A stretch of DNA of 44,147 nucleotides from a virus (Duplodnaviria; Caudoviricetes): the IMG/VR virus record IMGVR_UViG_3300027819_000022, positions 1-44,147 of that record; one strand, given 5' to 3'. A model generated the notes under the pieces. That model searched no databases, was not told the DNA's origin, and was given only the letters and a program-made list of their open reading frames with translations. This document shows positions 1 through 9,435 of the stretch, one piece after another. Position numbers and translations under genes: made by a program. Within the stretch, counting starts at the first letter, position 1. Every line of letters starts with the position of its first letter.

Positions 1-129
1 CACCTTCCATGCGATTGCGGCAGGCAATCCGGCCACCCTCGGGGCCAATACGTTTTCTGGACCACAGACTTTCAACGCCGCGATTACCTACGGCGGCGTA
101 ACCCTATCGAACGCAGTAACAGGCACCGG
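1..129. repeat. Terminal overlap, copy 1 (matches 44019..44147 with one mismatch)
   Basis: 4..129 is identical to 44022..44147; position 3 is C versus A at 44021; the tail fibre ORF reads in frame across the join. Confidence 0.95.
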
Positions 130-1045
130 CAACATGGTGCTGTCTGCCTCCCCCACCCTCTCCGGCACCGTAGGCGGTGCACTCTCTTGGTCCGGCGCCC
201 AAACCTTCTCCGCCGGCGCAGTAATAGCCGCCAGCCAAGCCCTAACCGGCACGGTAGCCAGCAGCACGATCAGCGGGTTCCTGTCAGTAGCTGCGACGAC
301 TGGCACGTTTACGAACATCGCAGCGTTTGCTGGGATTACCGCAGCGTTTACCAAAGCCGCCGCTGGCGATGTTATTTCTTTTACTAACGGCGGCGCGACT
401 CCAAAGACGGGGTATTTCAATTCCAATGCTAATAACGTTAGCTGGATGACTGGAGCCGGGCAAACCGGCACAGGAATAATCCTTAATCCGCTTGCTGCTA
501 GTGGAACAACTATCTACTCGCCAAATCAGGCAAATTATTTGCAGGTAAACGATACCAACACAAATATTACCGGCGCTGTCACCATGAGCAGCACCCTCGC
601 AGTCACGGGGGCGACAACGCTGAATTCTGCATCAAGCCGTGCGGTAGATGGATTGAGAATCGGCGCAGACTCCACGAATAATCTGATTGACGATGCCAGC
701 ACGGGCGCAGGCACGGCAACGCTCTACATCGGAAATGCCTCGATCAACGTCACATCGGATGAAAACTTGAAATACAACATTCAGCCATTTAAGAGCGGGC
801 TTGCTCTCGTCAAACAGCTTCAGCCGATTGAGTTTGACCAAGACGAAAATAGGCCATTCGGGCATATCGGGCACTACGTTGGCTTCGGAGCGCGGGCAGT
901 GCAAAAGGTCGCGCCGTGGGCCGTTCACACGCAGGGCGACACCGGATTGCCTTGGCAGGCTCGCTACGAATTTCTGATGGCTCCGGTAGTCGGAGCGGTG
1001 CAGGAATTGGCGGCAAGATTGGAAGCCCTCGAAAGACAACAGTAA
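2..1045 (+). CDS. C-terminal part of tail fibre 2, with an intramolecular chaperone (peptidase S74-like) domain; the gene starts at 43528 and wraps through the join
   Basis: Same frame as the 43528 ORF across the overlap; G/T/S/A-rich fibre body; TSDENLKYNI autocleavage-type motif followed by a C-terminal coiled coil (VQELAARLEALE). Confidence 0.85.
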   Translation, partial: TFHAIAAGNPATLGANTFSGPQTFNAAITYGGVTLSNAVTGTGNMVLSASPTLSGTVGGALSWSGAQTFSAGAVIAASQALTGTVASSTISGFLSVAATTGTFTNIAAFAGITAAFTKAAAGDVISFTNGGATPKTGYFNSNANNVSWMTGAGQTGTGIILNPLAASGTTIYSPNQANYLQVNDTNTNITGAVTMSSTLAVTGATTLNSASSRAVDGLRIGADSTNNLIDDASTGAGTATLYIGNASINVTSDENLKYNIQPFKSGLALVKQLQPIEFDQDENRPFGHIGHYVGFGARAVQKVAPWAVHTQGDTGLPWQARYEFLMAPVVGAVQELAARLEALERQQ

Positions 1046-1057
1046 CCAAGGAGCCAC

Positions 1058-1108
1058 ATGGACGCTTTGACCGTAGTAGCAAATCAGTATCAACCCAAGG
1101 AGAAATGA
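1058..1108 (+). CDS. 16-aa mini-ORF (MDALTVVANQYQPKEK), possible gene remnant or translational coupler
   Basis: AAGGAG RBS; its TGA overlaps the ATG of the next gene (ATGA). Confidence 0.3.
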   Translation: MDALTVVANQYQPKEK

Positions 1109-1425
1109 TGAAACGCAATCTCGACCAAGTTATGACCGACCTAGACGGCAAGGAATTCGCGGACAAGGCAACGCTGAAGATGGTGTGCTTCGGCGCGGTG
1201 TCGAATCCGATTCAAGGCGACGACGCGCTGCCGATGGACAAGAAGATGAAGCAATACGCGTTGCTGCAAAAGATCAACGCGGGCGGCGTGTCTGACCTGT
1301 CGGCAGAGGATATTGCGCTGATCAAGGAACGGGCAGCGAAACTCTATCCGATACTGATCTTCGGGCGCACGGCTGATTTGCTGGAGAGCGAGCCTGATTT
1401 GAAAAGCGTGAAAGATTCGGCGTGA
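1105..1425 (+). CDS. Hypothetical protein, possibly tail-fibre associated
   Basis: AAGGAG RBS before ATG 1105; lies directly after the fibre gene. Confidence 0.7.
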   Translation: MMKRNLDQVMTDLDGKEFADKATLKMVCFGAVSNPIQGDDALPMDKKMKQYALLQKINAGGVSDLSAEDIALIKERAAKLYPILIFGRTADLLESEPDLKSVKDSA

Positions 1426-1760
1426 AACGCCTACTGATAGCAAGCCTGATGCTCGCGCTTTCTGGCTGCGCGACTCTTGAGAGCGTTAAGGACGTTGCCA
1501 GCAAGAAGGAAACGGTTGCCTTGTGCAAGGCTGCGGATGTGGGGCTGACTATTGCCGCGCTGAACACGGGCACCTTCCATGAGCTTAACCCGATAATGAA
1601 CGCGTTGATGGGAGGCGCTCACGGCTTCATGCCGTTCATAATAGTCAGCGCGGCATACGTGGGAATCGTTTACTGGCTGGATAATCCTACGGTCAACATG
1701 GTGTCGTCAGGGATTACGTGTCCGGTGGCGGCGAGGAACGGGCTGTTGCTTTTGAAATAA
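1422..1760 (+). CDS. Putative lipoprotein / membrane protein
   Basis: Signal peptide with LSGC lipobox and hydrophobic segments; GTGA overlap with upstream gene. Confidence 0.7.
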   Translation: MKRLLIASLMLALSGCATLESVKDVASKKETVALCKAADVGLTIAALNTGTFHELNPIMNALMGGAHGFMPFIIVSAAYVGIVYWLDNPTVNMVSSGITCPVAARNGLLLLK

Positions 1761-1782
1761 CAAAACGAAGAAAGGGTGAATC

Positions 1783-2109
1783 ATGGCTGAAGATACGCAG
1801 GACATTGAAATCAGCAATCCGGTGCTTGGCAGACTGGCAGCGAAGGGAATCCGTGTCTCGGACATGATCGGGCTGATTACGCTATGCCTTGTCATCGGGC
1901 TGTCGTTATTCGCATTCTACGCATACGATATTGCGAAATCGCACGCAGGTGACGCGGTAGAAAGCAGCAAGCAAATATCCGTTTCGATCAAGCAGAGCGC
2001 TGCGGCACAACGGCTAATGACCTGCATTATCAGCTTGCCGCAAGAACGCCGGGAGCAGGAATTCACGCAGCCGAATTCATTCTGCCAGCGCATGAGTAGT
2101 CTGCAATAA
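1783..2109 (+). CDS. Putative holin or other lysis-associated membrane protein
   Basis: One TM helix (IGLITLCLVIGLSLFAFYAY); immediately upstream of the endolysin candidate. Confidence 0.5.
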   Translation: MAEDTQDIEISNPVLGRLAAKGIRVSDMIGLITLCLVIGLSLFAFYAYDIAKSHAGDAVESSKQISVSIKQSAAAQRLMTCIISLPQERREQEFTQPNSFCQRMSSLQ

Positions 2110-2531
2110 TGGAACTGAAACTAACCCGCGATTCTGACCAGCTACAGCATCGCACCTTCGGCCAGCTATTCGTTGATGGCGCGAAGCAATGCGAAACCCT
2201 TGAGGACCCGGTGCGCGAGGTTGAGGGCGCTACCGTGGACAACTGGAAAATCAAGGGCGACACGGCGATCCCGCGCGGCCGATATCGGGTAATCGTCAAT
2301 CACTCGCAGCGGTTCGGCCGTGATCTTCCATTGTTCCTGAACGTGCCGGGATTCGAGGGGATCAGAATTCATGCGGGCAACACTGAGGCGGACACGGAAG
2401 GCTGCATCCTCGTAGGCACCAAGCGCACGGCAACGTCGATACTCGAAAGCCGCATCGCGTTCAACGAACTATTCGCCGATATTCAGGAAGCTCTGGCGAA
2501 CGGCGAGCAAGTCTGGATTGAGGTGGCGTGA
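2109..2531 (+). CDS. DUF5675-family protein, putative endolysin
   Basis: TLED, TAIPRGRY, GIRIHAGN...TEGCILVG motifs; lies between the holin-like gene and the spanins. Confidence 0.75.
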   Translation: MELKLTRDSDQLQHRTFGQLFVDGAKQCETLEDPVREVEGATVDNWKIKGDTAIPRGRYRVIVNHSQRFGRDLPLFLNVPGFEGIRIHAGNTEADTEGCILVGTKRTATSILESRIAFNELFADIQEALANGEQVWIEVA

Positions 2532-3043
2532 TGGGCTTCATTACAAACTTGTTCACCGGCCCCTACGCCATGCTCGCTAAGTGGGGAATCATCGCGCTAC
2601 TGCTCGCTGCGGCACTTACGACCGCATGGGTGAAGGGCAATGAACACGGCACAGCCAAGCTCGACGCCTACATCGGAAAGCAGGCAATCGAAAGCGTAGC
2701 GCTGATCGTCAAGCAGGGAAAGGCGACGGTCAAGGTGGTGAATCGTTACATTCAAGTCGCAGGCGCTACGCAAGTCGTAACTGAAACAGTCGAAAAAGAG
2801 GTAATCAAATATGCGGAAACTAATACCAGCAATTGCCTTGATCCTGCTTGGCGCGTGCTCCACGACTCCGCCGCCCTTAACACCCTTCCCGGCGATAGAT
2901 TCAAGCCTGATGAAACCGTCCGAGCGCCCGAAGCCGCTGCCACCATCAAAACAGTCACCGAAAACTACGGAGCCTGCAACCGCACGGCAGACCGGCTAGA
3001 CGCGCTTCAGGAATGGGTCAGGGCGCAACAGGCGGTGCGATGA
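2531..3043 (+). CDS. Rz-like i-spanin
   Basis: N-terminal TM segment, helical periplasmic part, C-terminal LDALQEWV; contains the embedded lipoprotein ORF. Confidence 0.7.
   Translation: MGFITNLFTGPYAMLAKWGIIALLLAAALTTAWVKGNEHGTAKLDAYIGKQAIESVALIVKQGKATVKVVNRYIQVAGATQVVTETVEKEVIKYAETNTSNCLDPAWRVLHDSAALNTLPGDRFKPDETVRAPEAAATIKTVTENYGACNRTADRLDALQEWVRAQQAVR
2811..2999 (+). CDS. Rz1-like o-spanin lipoprotein embedded in the i-spanin
   Basis: MRKLIPAIALILLGAC lipobox, Pro-rich mature part, +1 frame inside the Rz-like gene. Confidence 0.75.
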   Translation: MRKLIPAIALILLGACSTTPPPLTPFPAIDSSLMKPSERPKPLPPSKQSPKTTEPATARQTG

Positions 3044-3064
3044 AGCGATAGCCGACCTGAATAG

Positions 3065-3073
3065 TGCTAAGAT
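3065..3073 (+). promoter_or_regulatory. Possible extended -10 promoter
   Basis: TGcTAAGAT in the intergenic gap upstream of the GT gene RBS. Confidence 0.3.
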
Positions 3074-3094
3074 GTGGGCGAAGGAGAAATAGCC

Positions 3095-3736
3095 ATGTGG
3101 ATATTTTCCAGTCTCGGGAGACCTGACCTGATCCGCCGCGTGGTGGATGCCTACCAGTGGGGCGGCGAGTCTCAGGTGCTGCTCACGCTCTACTCCGGCG
3201 ACAAGCGTTTGCAGGAATACCTCGATCAGCGCTGGCCTGAGAATTGGAGCATCGAGACCGTGGGCATGCTCGGTAACGGCCCAACCTACAACGAAATCCT
3301 GCGCCGCTACCCGAACGAAAAGTGTTTCGGATTATTGGCCGACGACATCACGCTCGACATTCCCGGCATGCTGGCCGAACTTGAACGGGAGGCGGGCAGC
3401 GAGAACGTCGCCTACGCCAACGACCAGCACCACGGCGAGGCGATCTGCACGATGCCCTGCATGGGCGGGGACTTGGTGCGCCGCGTCGGTTATCTCGCGC
3501 CGCGGAACCTGATTCACTGGGGGGTAGACTGCGTGTGGCACGAAATCGGGCGAAAACTCGGTTGCCTGCGCTACCGGCCGGATTTGACCTATACGCACCT
3601 GCACCCCCTGTTCGGGACCGGAAAATGGGACAAGACCTATCGCGACGCCCACAATGCGAGTATCTTTTACCGTGACGCCTTCCGTGCGTGGGCGATCAAC
3701 GATCTGCCGAAGGTAATCGGAGAACGACATGGCTAA
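3095..3736 (+). CDS. Putative GT-A fold (GT2-like) glycosyltransferase
   Basis: AAGGAG RBS; SLGRP start, LADDI acidic motif, HWGVD, and THLHP motif typical of phage GT2-like proteins. Confidence 0.65.
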   Translation: MWIFSSLGRPDLIRRVVDAYQWGGESQVLLTLYSGDKRLQEYLDQRWPENWSIETVGMLGNGPTYNEILRRYPNEKCFGLLADDITLDIPGMLAELEREAGSENVAYANDQHHGEAICTMPCMGGDLVRRVGYLAPRNLIHWGVDCVWHEIGRKLGCLRYRPDLTYTHLHPLFGTGKWDKTYRDAHNASIFYRDAFRAWAINDLPKVIGERHG

Positions 3737-5300
3737 AAAAGGCTTTCAAACGATGCACAATCGCACGCCTGCGCAAATTCAGGCGATGGGCTACATCCCG
3801 ATGGAAGATGGTCGCTGGATGACGCCGGACGGGGAGAGCTTCCTAGATACCGATCAAATTACTCAGCTACACCCTCTGGTTCCCGATGCCGATCCGTTGA
3901 TCGACGGGATGCAGTACCGTAATATCGAAGGCTTTGCGAACAATGATCCAGACCCCGCTAAAGCGTTGCGGATGGAGACCGATTACCTCAGGGGATTTGG
4001 AATCAACCCTGTCAACGATCCAGAATACGGCTGGATTGTTCCCCAAAATGCAGCCTTTGACCAAGCTCATGACCCGAATTACGCGCAAAACCATGAAAGC
4101 GGCTTCGACAAGTTTCTAGGCGTTGCGATGCCCGGCCTCATCGGCGCAGGCATGACCGCCGGCATCGGCGCTGGCCTGAGCGGTCTTTTCAGCGGTGCGG
4201 GTGCCGGTGCTGGTGCCGGATTCGAGGGCGCGAACTTTGCCGATCTGGCGATGGAAACTGCGCCCGGAGTCACCACGCCAGTCGGGGCTGCCGGAGGGGC
4301 TGGCGGCGCAGGCGGCTATCAGTTCGGAAACTATACCGATCCGTGGGCCAGCGGGAACGCGGAAGTCGTCGCGAACTCAGGGGTCGCCGGAGATACTGGC
4401 GGCATGGCTTTTAATCCGGTCGCTGGGCAATGGCAGCCTTCCACTCAAGCACCGGCTCCGGTTGAGTCTCGCACGACGCCGGGTGCTACGCCGGGGACCA
4501 CTGTCTACAATCCGGGCGTCATCACCAATCCCGCGACGGGGCTTCCAATCAACTCGCCTGTTACGATGGGCACGGGCGCTGGCGCAACCCCAGGCATGCC
4601 GTCGATCGGCGGGGCACCCGGCGCGGTTGCTGCCGGTGCAAACGCCTTGGCGGGAGGTGCTGGCGCTGGTGGCGGGGCGGGCTCCATATTGGGGGCGCTC
4701 CCGAACATAATCGGCGCTGGCTCGGGTTTGAACACGATGTTCAACCGCTCCGATGCGGTAGACCCGGCCATGGTCGGCGCTCTTTGGAAAGCCGGCCAAA
4801 ATACCTACAACACTTCGCTCGACCCGCAGGGCGACCTATACCGGCGCACGCAGCAGCAACTGGCCGAACAGGTGCGTGCATCGCAATCGGTCCGCGGCAC
4901 GGCCATGTCGCCGTTTGCGGCGGGGATCGAGAACAAGGCGATGTCGGACTTCAATATCGACTGGCAGAACCAGCAACTTCAGCGCCAAACGCAGGGTGCC
5001 GGGGCCTTTGCCGGTGCAGGCAATGTCGCGGCAAACGCTGGTATCGCCAACAATGCGCAAGCCTTCCTCCAGAATCAGACCGGACTGAACAACCTGACGA
5101 CCGCTCTGACCGGCACGCCCGGCGGCATGAGTTATAACCCGGCAACCGGCCAGTGGGGGTCCTCTGGAGGTAATCCGGGCCTTATCAGTCAAGCCGGATC
5201 GTGGTTGTCGAACCTGTGGGGAGGTGGCACGCCGAATTACGCGCCGGGCACGACACCTACCGGCGGCTTCAACATGGACTACTTCGGAGCGGGAGCGTAA
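3729..5300 (+). CDS. Putative DNA ejection / internal virion protein
   Basis: Gly/Ala-rich low complexity with Gln-rich helices; first of three large ORFs after the tail and lysis genes, as in podoviruses. Confidence 0.6.
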   Translation: MAKKGFQTMHNRTPAQIQAMGYIPMEDGRWMTPDGESFLDTDQITQLHPLVPDADPLIDGMQYRNIEGFANNDPDPAKALRMETDYLRGFGINPVNDPEYGWIVPQNAAFDQAHDPNYAQNHESGFDKFLGVAMPGLIGAGMTAGIGAGLSGLFSGAGAGAGAGFEGANFADLAMETAPGVTTPVGAAGGAGGAGGYQFGNYTDPWASGNAEVVANSGVAGDTGGMAFNPVAGQWQPSTQAPAPVESRTTPGATPGTTVYNPGVITNPATGLPINSPVTMGTGAGATPGMPSIGGAPGAVAAGANALAGGAGAGGGAGSILGALPNIIGAGSGLNTMFNRSDAVDPAMVGALWKAGQNTYNTSLDPQGDLYRRTQQQLAEQVRASQSVRGTAMSPFAAGIENKAMSDFNIDWQNQQLQRQTQGAGAFAGAGNVAANAGIANNAQAFLQNQTGLNNLTTALTGTPGGMSYNPATGQWGSSGGNPGLISQAGSWLSNLWGGGTPNYAPGTTPTGGFNMDYFGAGA

Positions 5301-5302
5301 TC

Positions 5303-6835
5303 ATGGCCGGGTACGAGGGCGGATATACGTCAGCGATCAACAGCGCGAACTTGCGCGGCATGTACCAGCAGCAGGTCGCGCAGATGCAGCAGGCGCAAAT
5401 GCGTGCCGCAGTGCAGCAGGCAATGGAGCGGGAGGCGGTGCAACGCAAGTTGCAGGCGCAAGAGCACGCGGGCTTCGGACTCCCTGCCATGTTCGGGCCT
5501 TCCCCTCAGATCGCTCAGCCGCCCGCGCCGCAAGGCTCGCCAGCGAACCCTATGCCGCCGGGGGTAGGGCAACCCTCAGTTCCAGCAACGCCGCCGCAGC
5601 AGCCTCTTGGCGAACCTCAGACGCCCCCGTACGAGGCAATGCCGTCGCCGCCATTGGTGCGCGCCCAAGTCGGCCAAAACGGACAGCCTCCTGATATCCC
5701 GGCTGCCCATGCTCCGCTCGTCCCGGACATGGTTGCCGCCGCCCGTCCGGGCGCGGAACGGTTTCAAGCCACTTTCGGGAATTACGACCCGGCCAAACAG
5801 GTGGATATCAGCGGAGACATACCGGCGCCCCCGGTGCCGGCCGCGCCTGCGCCCGCGCCGGCGGGTGCCGCCCCCAAAGCAAGCCCATCAGTCTCGGCGC
5901 TTCAGCGTTTTGTGAAGGGGCAAGTCGATCGCGGCGTCACGGGTGGCGATCTGACGCGCTCGATTCTCGAAATAGCCCCGATGCTGAACTCGGAGGCTCA
6001 ACAGGCGCTGAAGGCGGCAACGCAGGAAATCAGCCTTTTGAGGACGCAAGAACAACTCCGGCACAACAGGGCGATGGAGCCCATAGCGGCCGAAAGGGCC
6101 GCCGCGGCGACTACTACGGCAGCGGCTTCCGGTACTCGGGCCGGGGCCGCTGTGACCAATGCGGACACTGCGGCTGCTCGCGCCGCCACTGCGGAAAGAC
6201 AGGGCGACGAAAGGCTCGGGCAAGGTCGCAGGCGGCTGTCCGAGACCGAGCGCCACAACGTAGCTACAGAGGAATCCGCTCGTGACAGAAACGCCGTTGC
6301 GCGCGAGCGCATTGCGTTGGCGAGAACCAATGGCACGGCCAGCGGACTGAAGGGCAAGATGCTCGACTCCTACGTGCACAACGAATCGAACATCGACTCT
6401 ATTTCGGAAATCATCAATGAACTAGAGAAAAACCCGGAGGCAGTTGGTTTCAAGACACTCATACCCGGTATCGCGCTGAATCGCGCAGACCCTGAAGGCA
6501 CGCCCATCCGTGCGTCGATTGCCAACCTGACCAGCATGACGATCAGGGACCGCGCCGGAACCGCGCAGACCGCGCAGGAATTGAAGAACATCGCCCCGTT
6601 TATCCCGCGCGACGGCGACGACTATCCTACGGTCGTCACCAAGCTGAAAGGGATGCAGAAACAGATGCGCGACCTGAATTCGTCTATCACGAAGAACGCT
6701 ACCGTTGGCGGTGGCGCGGGTACGCCTATCCCGAGAACAGCTTTGACTGGCGGCGCTGGACCGGCCGTAGGGGAAAAACGAGTTATCAACGGAACCCCGG
6801 CTCATTGGGATGGCAAGGGCTGGTTGCCGGATTAA
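5303..6835 (+). CDS. Putative DNA ejection / internal virion protein
   Basis: Gln/Pro/Ala-rich; ETERHN repeats and C-terminal WDGKGW typical of podovirus ejection proteins. Confidence 0.6.
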   Translation: MAGYEGGYTSAINSANLRGMYQQQVAQMQQAQMRAAVQQAMEREAVQRKLQAQEHAGFGLPAMFGPSPQIAQPPAPQGSPANPMPPGVGQPSVPATPPQQPLGEPQTPPYEAMPSPPLVRAQVGQNGQPPDIPAAHAPLVPDMVAAARPGAERFQATFGNYDPAKQVDISGDIPAPPVPAAPAPAPAGAAPKASPSVSALQRFVKGQVDRGVTGGDLTRSILEIAPMLNSEAQQALKAATQEISLLRTQEQLRHNRAMEPIAAERAAAATTTAAASGTRAGAAVTNADTAAARAATAERQGDERLGQGRRRLSETERHNVATEESARDRNAVARERIALARTNGTASGLKGKMLDSYVHNESNIDSISEIINELEKNPEAVGFKTLIPGIALNRADPEGTPIRASIANLTSMTIRDRAGTAQTAQELKNIAPFIPRDGDDYPTVVTKLKGMQKQMRDLNSSITKNATVGGGAGTPIPRTALTGGAGPAVGEKRVINGTPAHWDGKGWLPD

Positions 6836-6841
6836 ACCATC

Positions 6842-8731
6842 ATGGCCGAGTACCTTTCCACCGACCCAAACGCCGGGAAGTATCTTTCGACGGACCCGAA
6901 CGCTGGCGCGGCTCCGAAAGCCGCGCGTGCGCCGTTGGAACCGTTCGAGCAGGAAGCGCAGGACATAGCTGGATCGACCAGTGCTGAACGGATCTCCGCG
7001 AACCCGATCGTGCGTGCGTTAATCGCTGCGGGAAGCCCGATTGCCGGGGCGATGGAGCGCATCGAGCGACCGTTCGGCGGGACCGCATGGGCCGAGCGCA
7101 ACAAGCAGTTGAAAGGCATGCAGGAGCGGGGCAGCAAAGCACTTGGCTTCTCTCCGCTTTCTGAAACGGTGGCCGACATTTCAGGCTCACTCATTGGCCC
7201 GCTTGGCGTCGGCGCCGCGAAACTCGCTACCGCTCCCTCGGCGGCAGGCCGAATCGTTCAGGGCGCTGGCGTCGGGGAACTCAGCGAATTGACGACGCCC
7301 GGCGAGGCGGTTACCGGCAAAGGGGCCGCAACGGGGGCCGGTCTTGCGAGCGTGATCGAGGGTGCCTTCAGGCTCCCGGCTGGCGTCAGGGCGGCGCACG
7401 GGCAACTGACGAAGCCACCGTCCGCTGCTCCCGCCCCGAAGCCAACAGGCGAGGGGGCAGAGCGAGTCAGCGGAGAATTGCAGCGTATCCGGGCGGCGGT
7501 CGGAAAGAGCCAACTCGATACGCCGCCAGCGGGCGCGGTGCTCTCAGAGCCGGAGCAATTGCTTGCCGAGCGCACGGCGGCGACGAGCCGCTTGCCGGAG
7601 ATTTTCGCCGCTGCCAAGCCGGTTGATTTGAAGAACGCACTTGCCGCCGTCGATCAGGCCGAGCAGAAGGCGCTGCATAAGAGCATGACCGGGCCGATCA
7701 AAGAAGCGCGCGGCGTTATCGAGCGGGCGGTGGCAAAAAGTCAGCCCGCGGAAGCCCCCGCGAGAATGACGGCGGCAGAGTACAGGCAGATGCTCGAAGG
7801 CAATAAGGCCGCGCCGTCCCTGTCTCTTGAAATGGCCGACGAGGTTCGGCAATCAATTAACGCCATAGTCAGCGACGTGCGCGCCAAGATCGAGGACAAG
7901 GCGCTGGCCGCGCGCACCGCTGCGCTACTCACCAATATCCAGAACGCCGTCACGGGGAGCGCCAGAAAAGCATCGAGCGAGTACGGGAAGTGGCTTGATG
8001 AGTACGGCAAACTGTCTCAGCAACTCGGGAAATTCAAAGGGCAAGAAAGTGTTTTGAGCAGGACGACAGCCGCTGAGTCGGGTGCCGCGTCACGCGAGGG
8101 CGGCGATGCGCAGCGCAAGCTCGAAACGATATTCACGGGCGAGGCGCGCGAACGGGATTTCAAGAACTTGATGGATACCGTCAGACACGACCCGGCGCAA
8201 GTTCAGAGTGTGCGACAGGCTCTTGGCGAATGGGTTACGAAACCTGACCCGATGACGAAAATACCTTCCCCGAAGTCTTTGGTGAAAAACTGGAACGAGG
8301 TTCGCCAATCCGTTCAGAAGTCCGGCCTGATGGACGCGCGGCACATCAAGAACGTCGATACGCTTATCGAGGACATACGGCGCGCTGAACGCTCTGGAGC
8401 AACGGGCAGGATGCAGGCTACCGTAGGCGGGTTCTTCGCTGGTCTGAGCGTAGGGCACCCGTTCGTGGGTTCGCACTTCGCTAGGGAAATCGGGCAAAAG
8501 GTGACGAAGAAGGGCATGGAGAAGCGCATTGCCGAACTCATGACCTCCGGTGCAATCGCGGACGCCGACATGGCCTACAACCTCTCGATGCGCGCGACTC
8601 CGCAGGCCGTATCCAGCTTCGCCAAACGCCTAGGCTTCAGCGAGCGCGAAATGGCGGCGCTCTATCCGCAACAGGAATCAAGGCGCAGGCCGGCCGCCCG
8701 CGCGGGCGAGATCGCACCACCACCGCAATGA
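6842..8731 (+). CDS. Putative large DNA ejection / internal virion protein
   Basis: 629-aa Ala-rich helical protein with GxxxG segments; tandem N-terminal YLSTDPNAG repeat. Confidence 0.6.
   Translation: MAEYLSTDPNAGKYLSTDPNAGAAPKAARAPLEPFEQEAQDIAGSTSAERISANPIVRALIAAGSPIAGAMERIERPFGGTAWAERNKQLKGMQERGSKALGFSPLSETVADISGSLIGPLGVGAAKLATAPSAAGRIVQGAGVGELSELTTPGEAVTGKGAATGAGLASVIEGAFRLPAGVRAAHGQLTKPPSAAPAPKPTGEGAERVSGELQRIRAAVGKSQLDTPPAGAVLSEPEQLLAERTAATSRLPEIFAAAKPVDLKNALAAVDQAEQKALHKSMTGPIKEARGVIERAVAKSQPAEAPARMTAAEYRQMLEGNKAAPSLSLEMADEVRQSINAIVSDVRAKIEDKALAARTAALLTNIQNAVTGSARKASSEYGKWLDEYGKLSQQLGKFKGQESVLSRTTAAESGAASREGGDAQRKLETIFTGEARERDFKNLMDTVRHDPAQVQSVRQALGEWVTKPDPMTKIPSPKSLVKNWNEVRQSVQKSGLMDARHIKNVDTLIEDIRRAERSGATGRMQATVGGFFAGLSVGHPFVGSHFAREIGQKVTKKGMEKRIAELMTSGAIADADMAYNLSMRATPQAVSSFAKRLGFSEREMAALYPQQESRRRPAARAGEIAPPPQ
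6848..6907 (+). repeat. Two 30-bp coding tandem repeats (EYLSTDPNAG / KYLSTDPNAG)
   Basis: Direct reading; copies differ mostly at synonymous positions. Confidence 0.85.
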
Positions 8732-8746
8732 AAAGGAGCAGCAAAC

Positions 8747-8959
8747 ATGCCGAAGAACTCGAAGGTCGGGAAAATGTACGACGCGATGACGCGGGAGGGA
8801 ATGGACAAGGGAAAAGCGGCGCGGGTAGCGCAGTCGAAAACGGGGCAGGCGCTGGCGACGGGCAAGCCGCCGATGCACAAGCCAGTGGAGCACAAGAAAA
8901 TGATGGGCTGCTCGTCCGCAGCGGCGCGGGAAAAGAGGCTGGCGGGCCGTCCTATCTGA
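8747..8959 (+). CDS. Small basic hypothetical protein
   Basis: AAGGAG RBS; Lys/Met-rich 70-aa ORF. Confidence 0.6.
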   Translation: MPKNSKVGKMYDAMTREGMDKGKAARVAQSKTGQALATGKPPMHKPVEHKKMMGCSSAAAREKRLAGRPI

Positions 8960-8976
8960 CCGTCACCGAAGGCGGC

Positions 8977-9435
8977 ATGAAGGACGCGCTCATCGAGGCG
9001 CGTGGCGACATCTTCATAGCAAGCCAGCTTCTCGGTATAACCGCGCTTCGTCTGAATCGGGCGATTCAACTATCACCTCTATTACAGGCGACCCTTGATA
9101 CCACCGCCACAGCGCATAAGGGTCTGTCGAAAGAATTGCTGAATGAAGCGATTGAGCAGCGGCTTGGTATTTATAGAGTAGCGGGTCTTGATGCGCTGCA
9201 CGAACTGGCGACGATGCCGCTGGACAAGAACTCGGCGCAGAACCAAGTGAAGCTCGCTGCCGCTGCGCGGCTCGCTGGCTCGCCCGAAGAAGGCGGCGCT
9301 GGCGGAGAAGTGGGGGAGGCATTGCGGGCGCTCAATCAGGCGTACCATGAGCATGCGCCACGGCTTCGGATCGTGCGCGAGAAACTGACGGTGGAACTCG
9401 CACCGGGGGAAAGGGACGTAACGCCGCAGCCGTAA
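8977..9435 (+). CDS. HTH protein, candidate terminase small subunit (start uncertain)
   Basis: Fis-like HTH (DALIEARGDIFIASQLLGITALRL) plus QVKLAAA helix reminiscent of TerS proteins. Confidence 0.45.
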   Translation: MKDALIEARGDIFIASQLLGITALRLNRAIQLSPLLQATLDTTATAHKGLSKELLNEAIEQRLGIYRVAGLDALHELATMPLDKNSAQNQVKLAAAARLAGSPEEGGAGGEVGEALRALNQAYHEHAPRLRIVREKLTVELAPGERDVTPQP

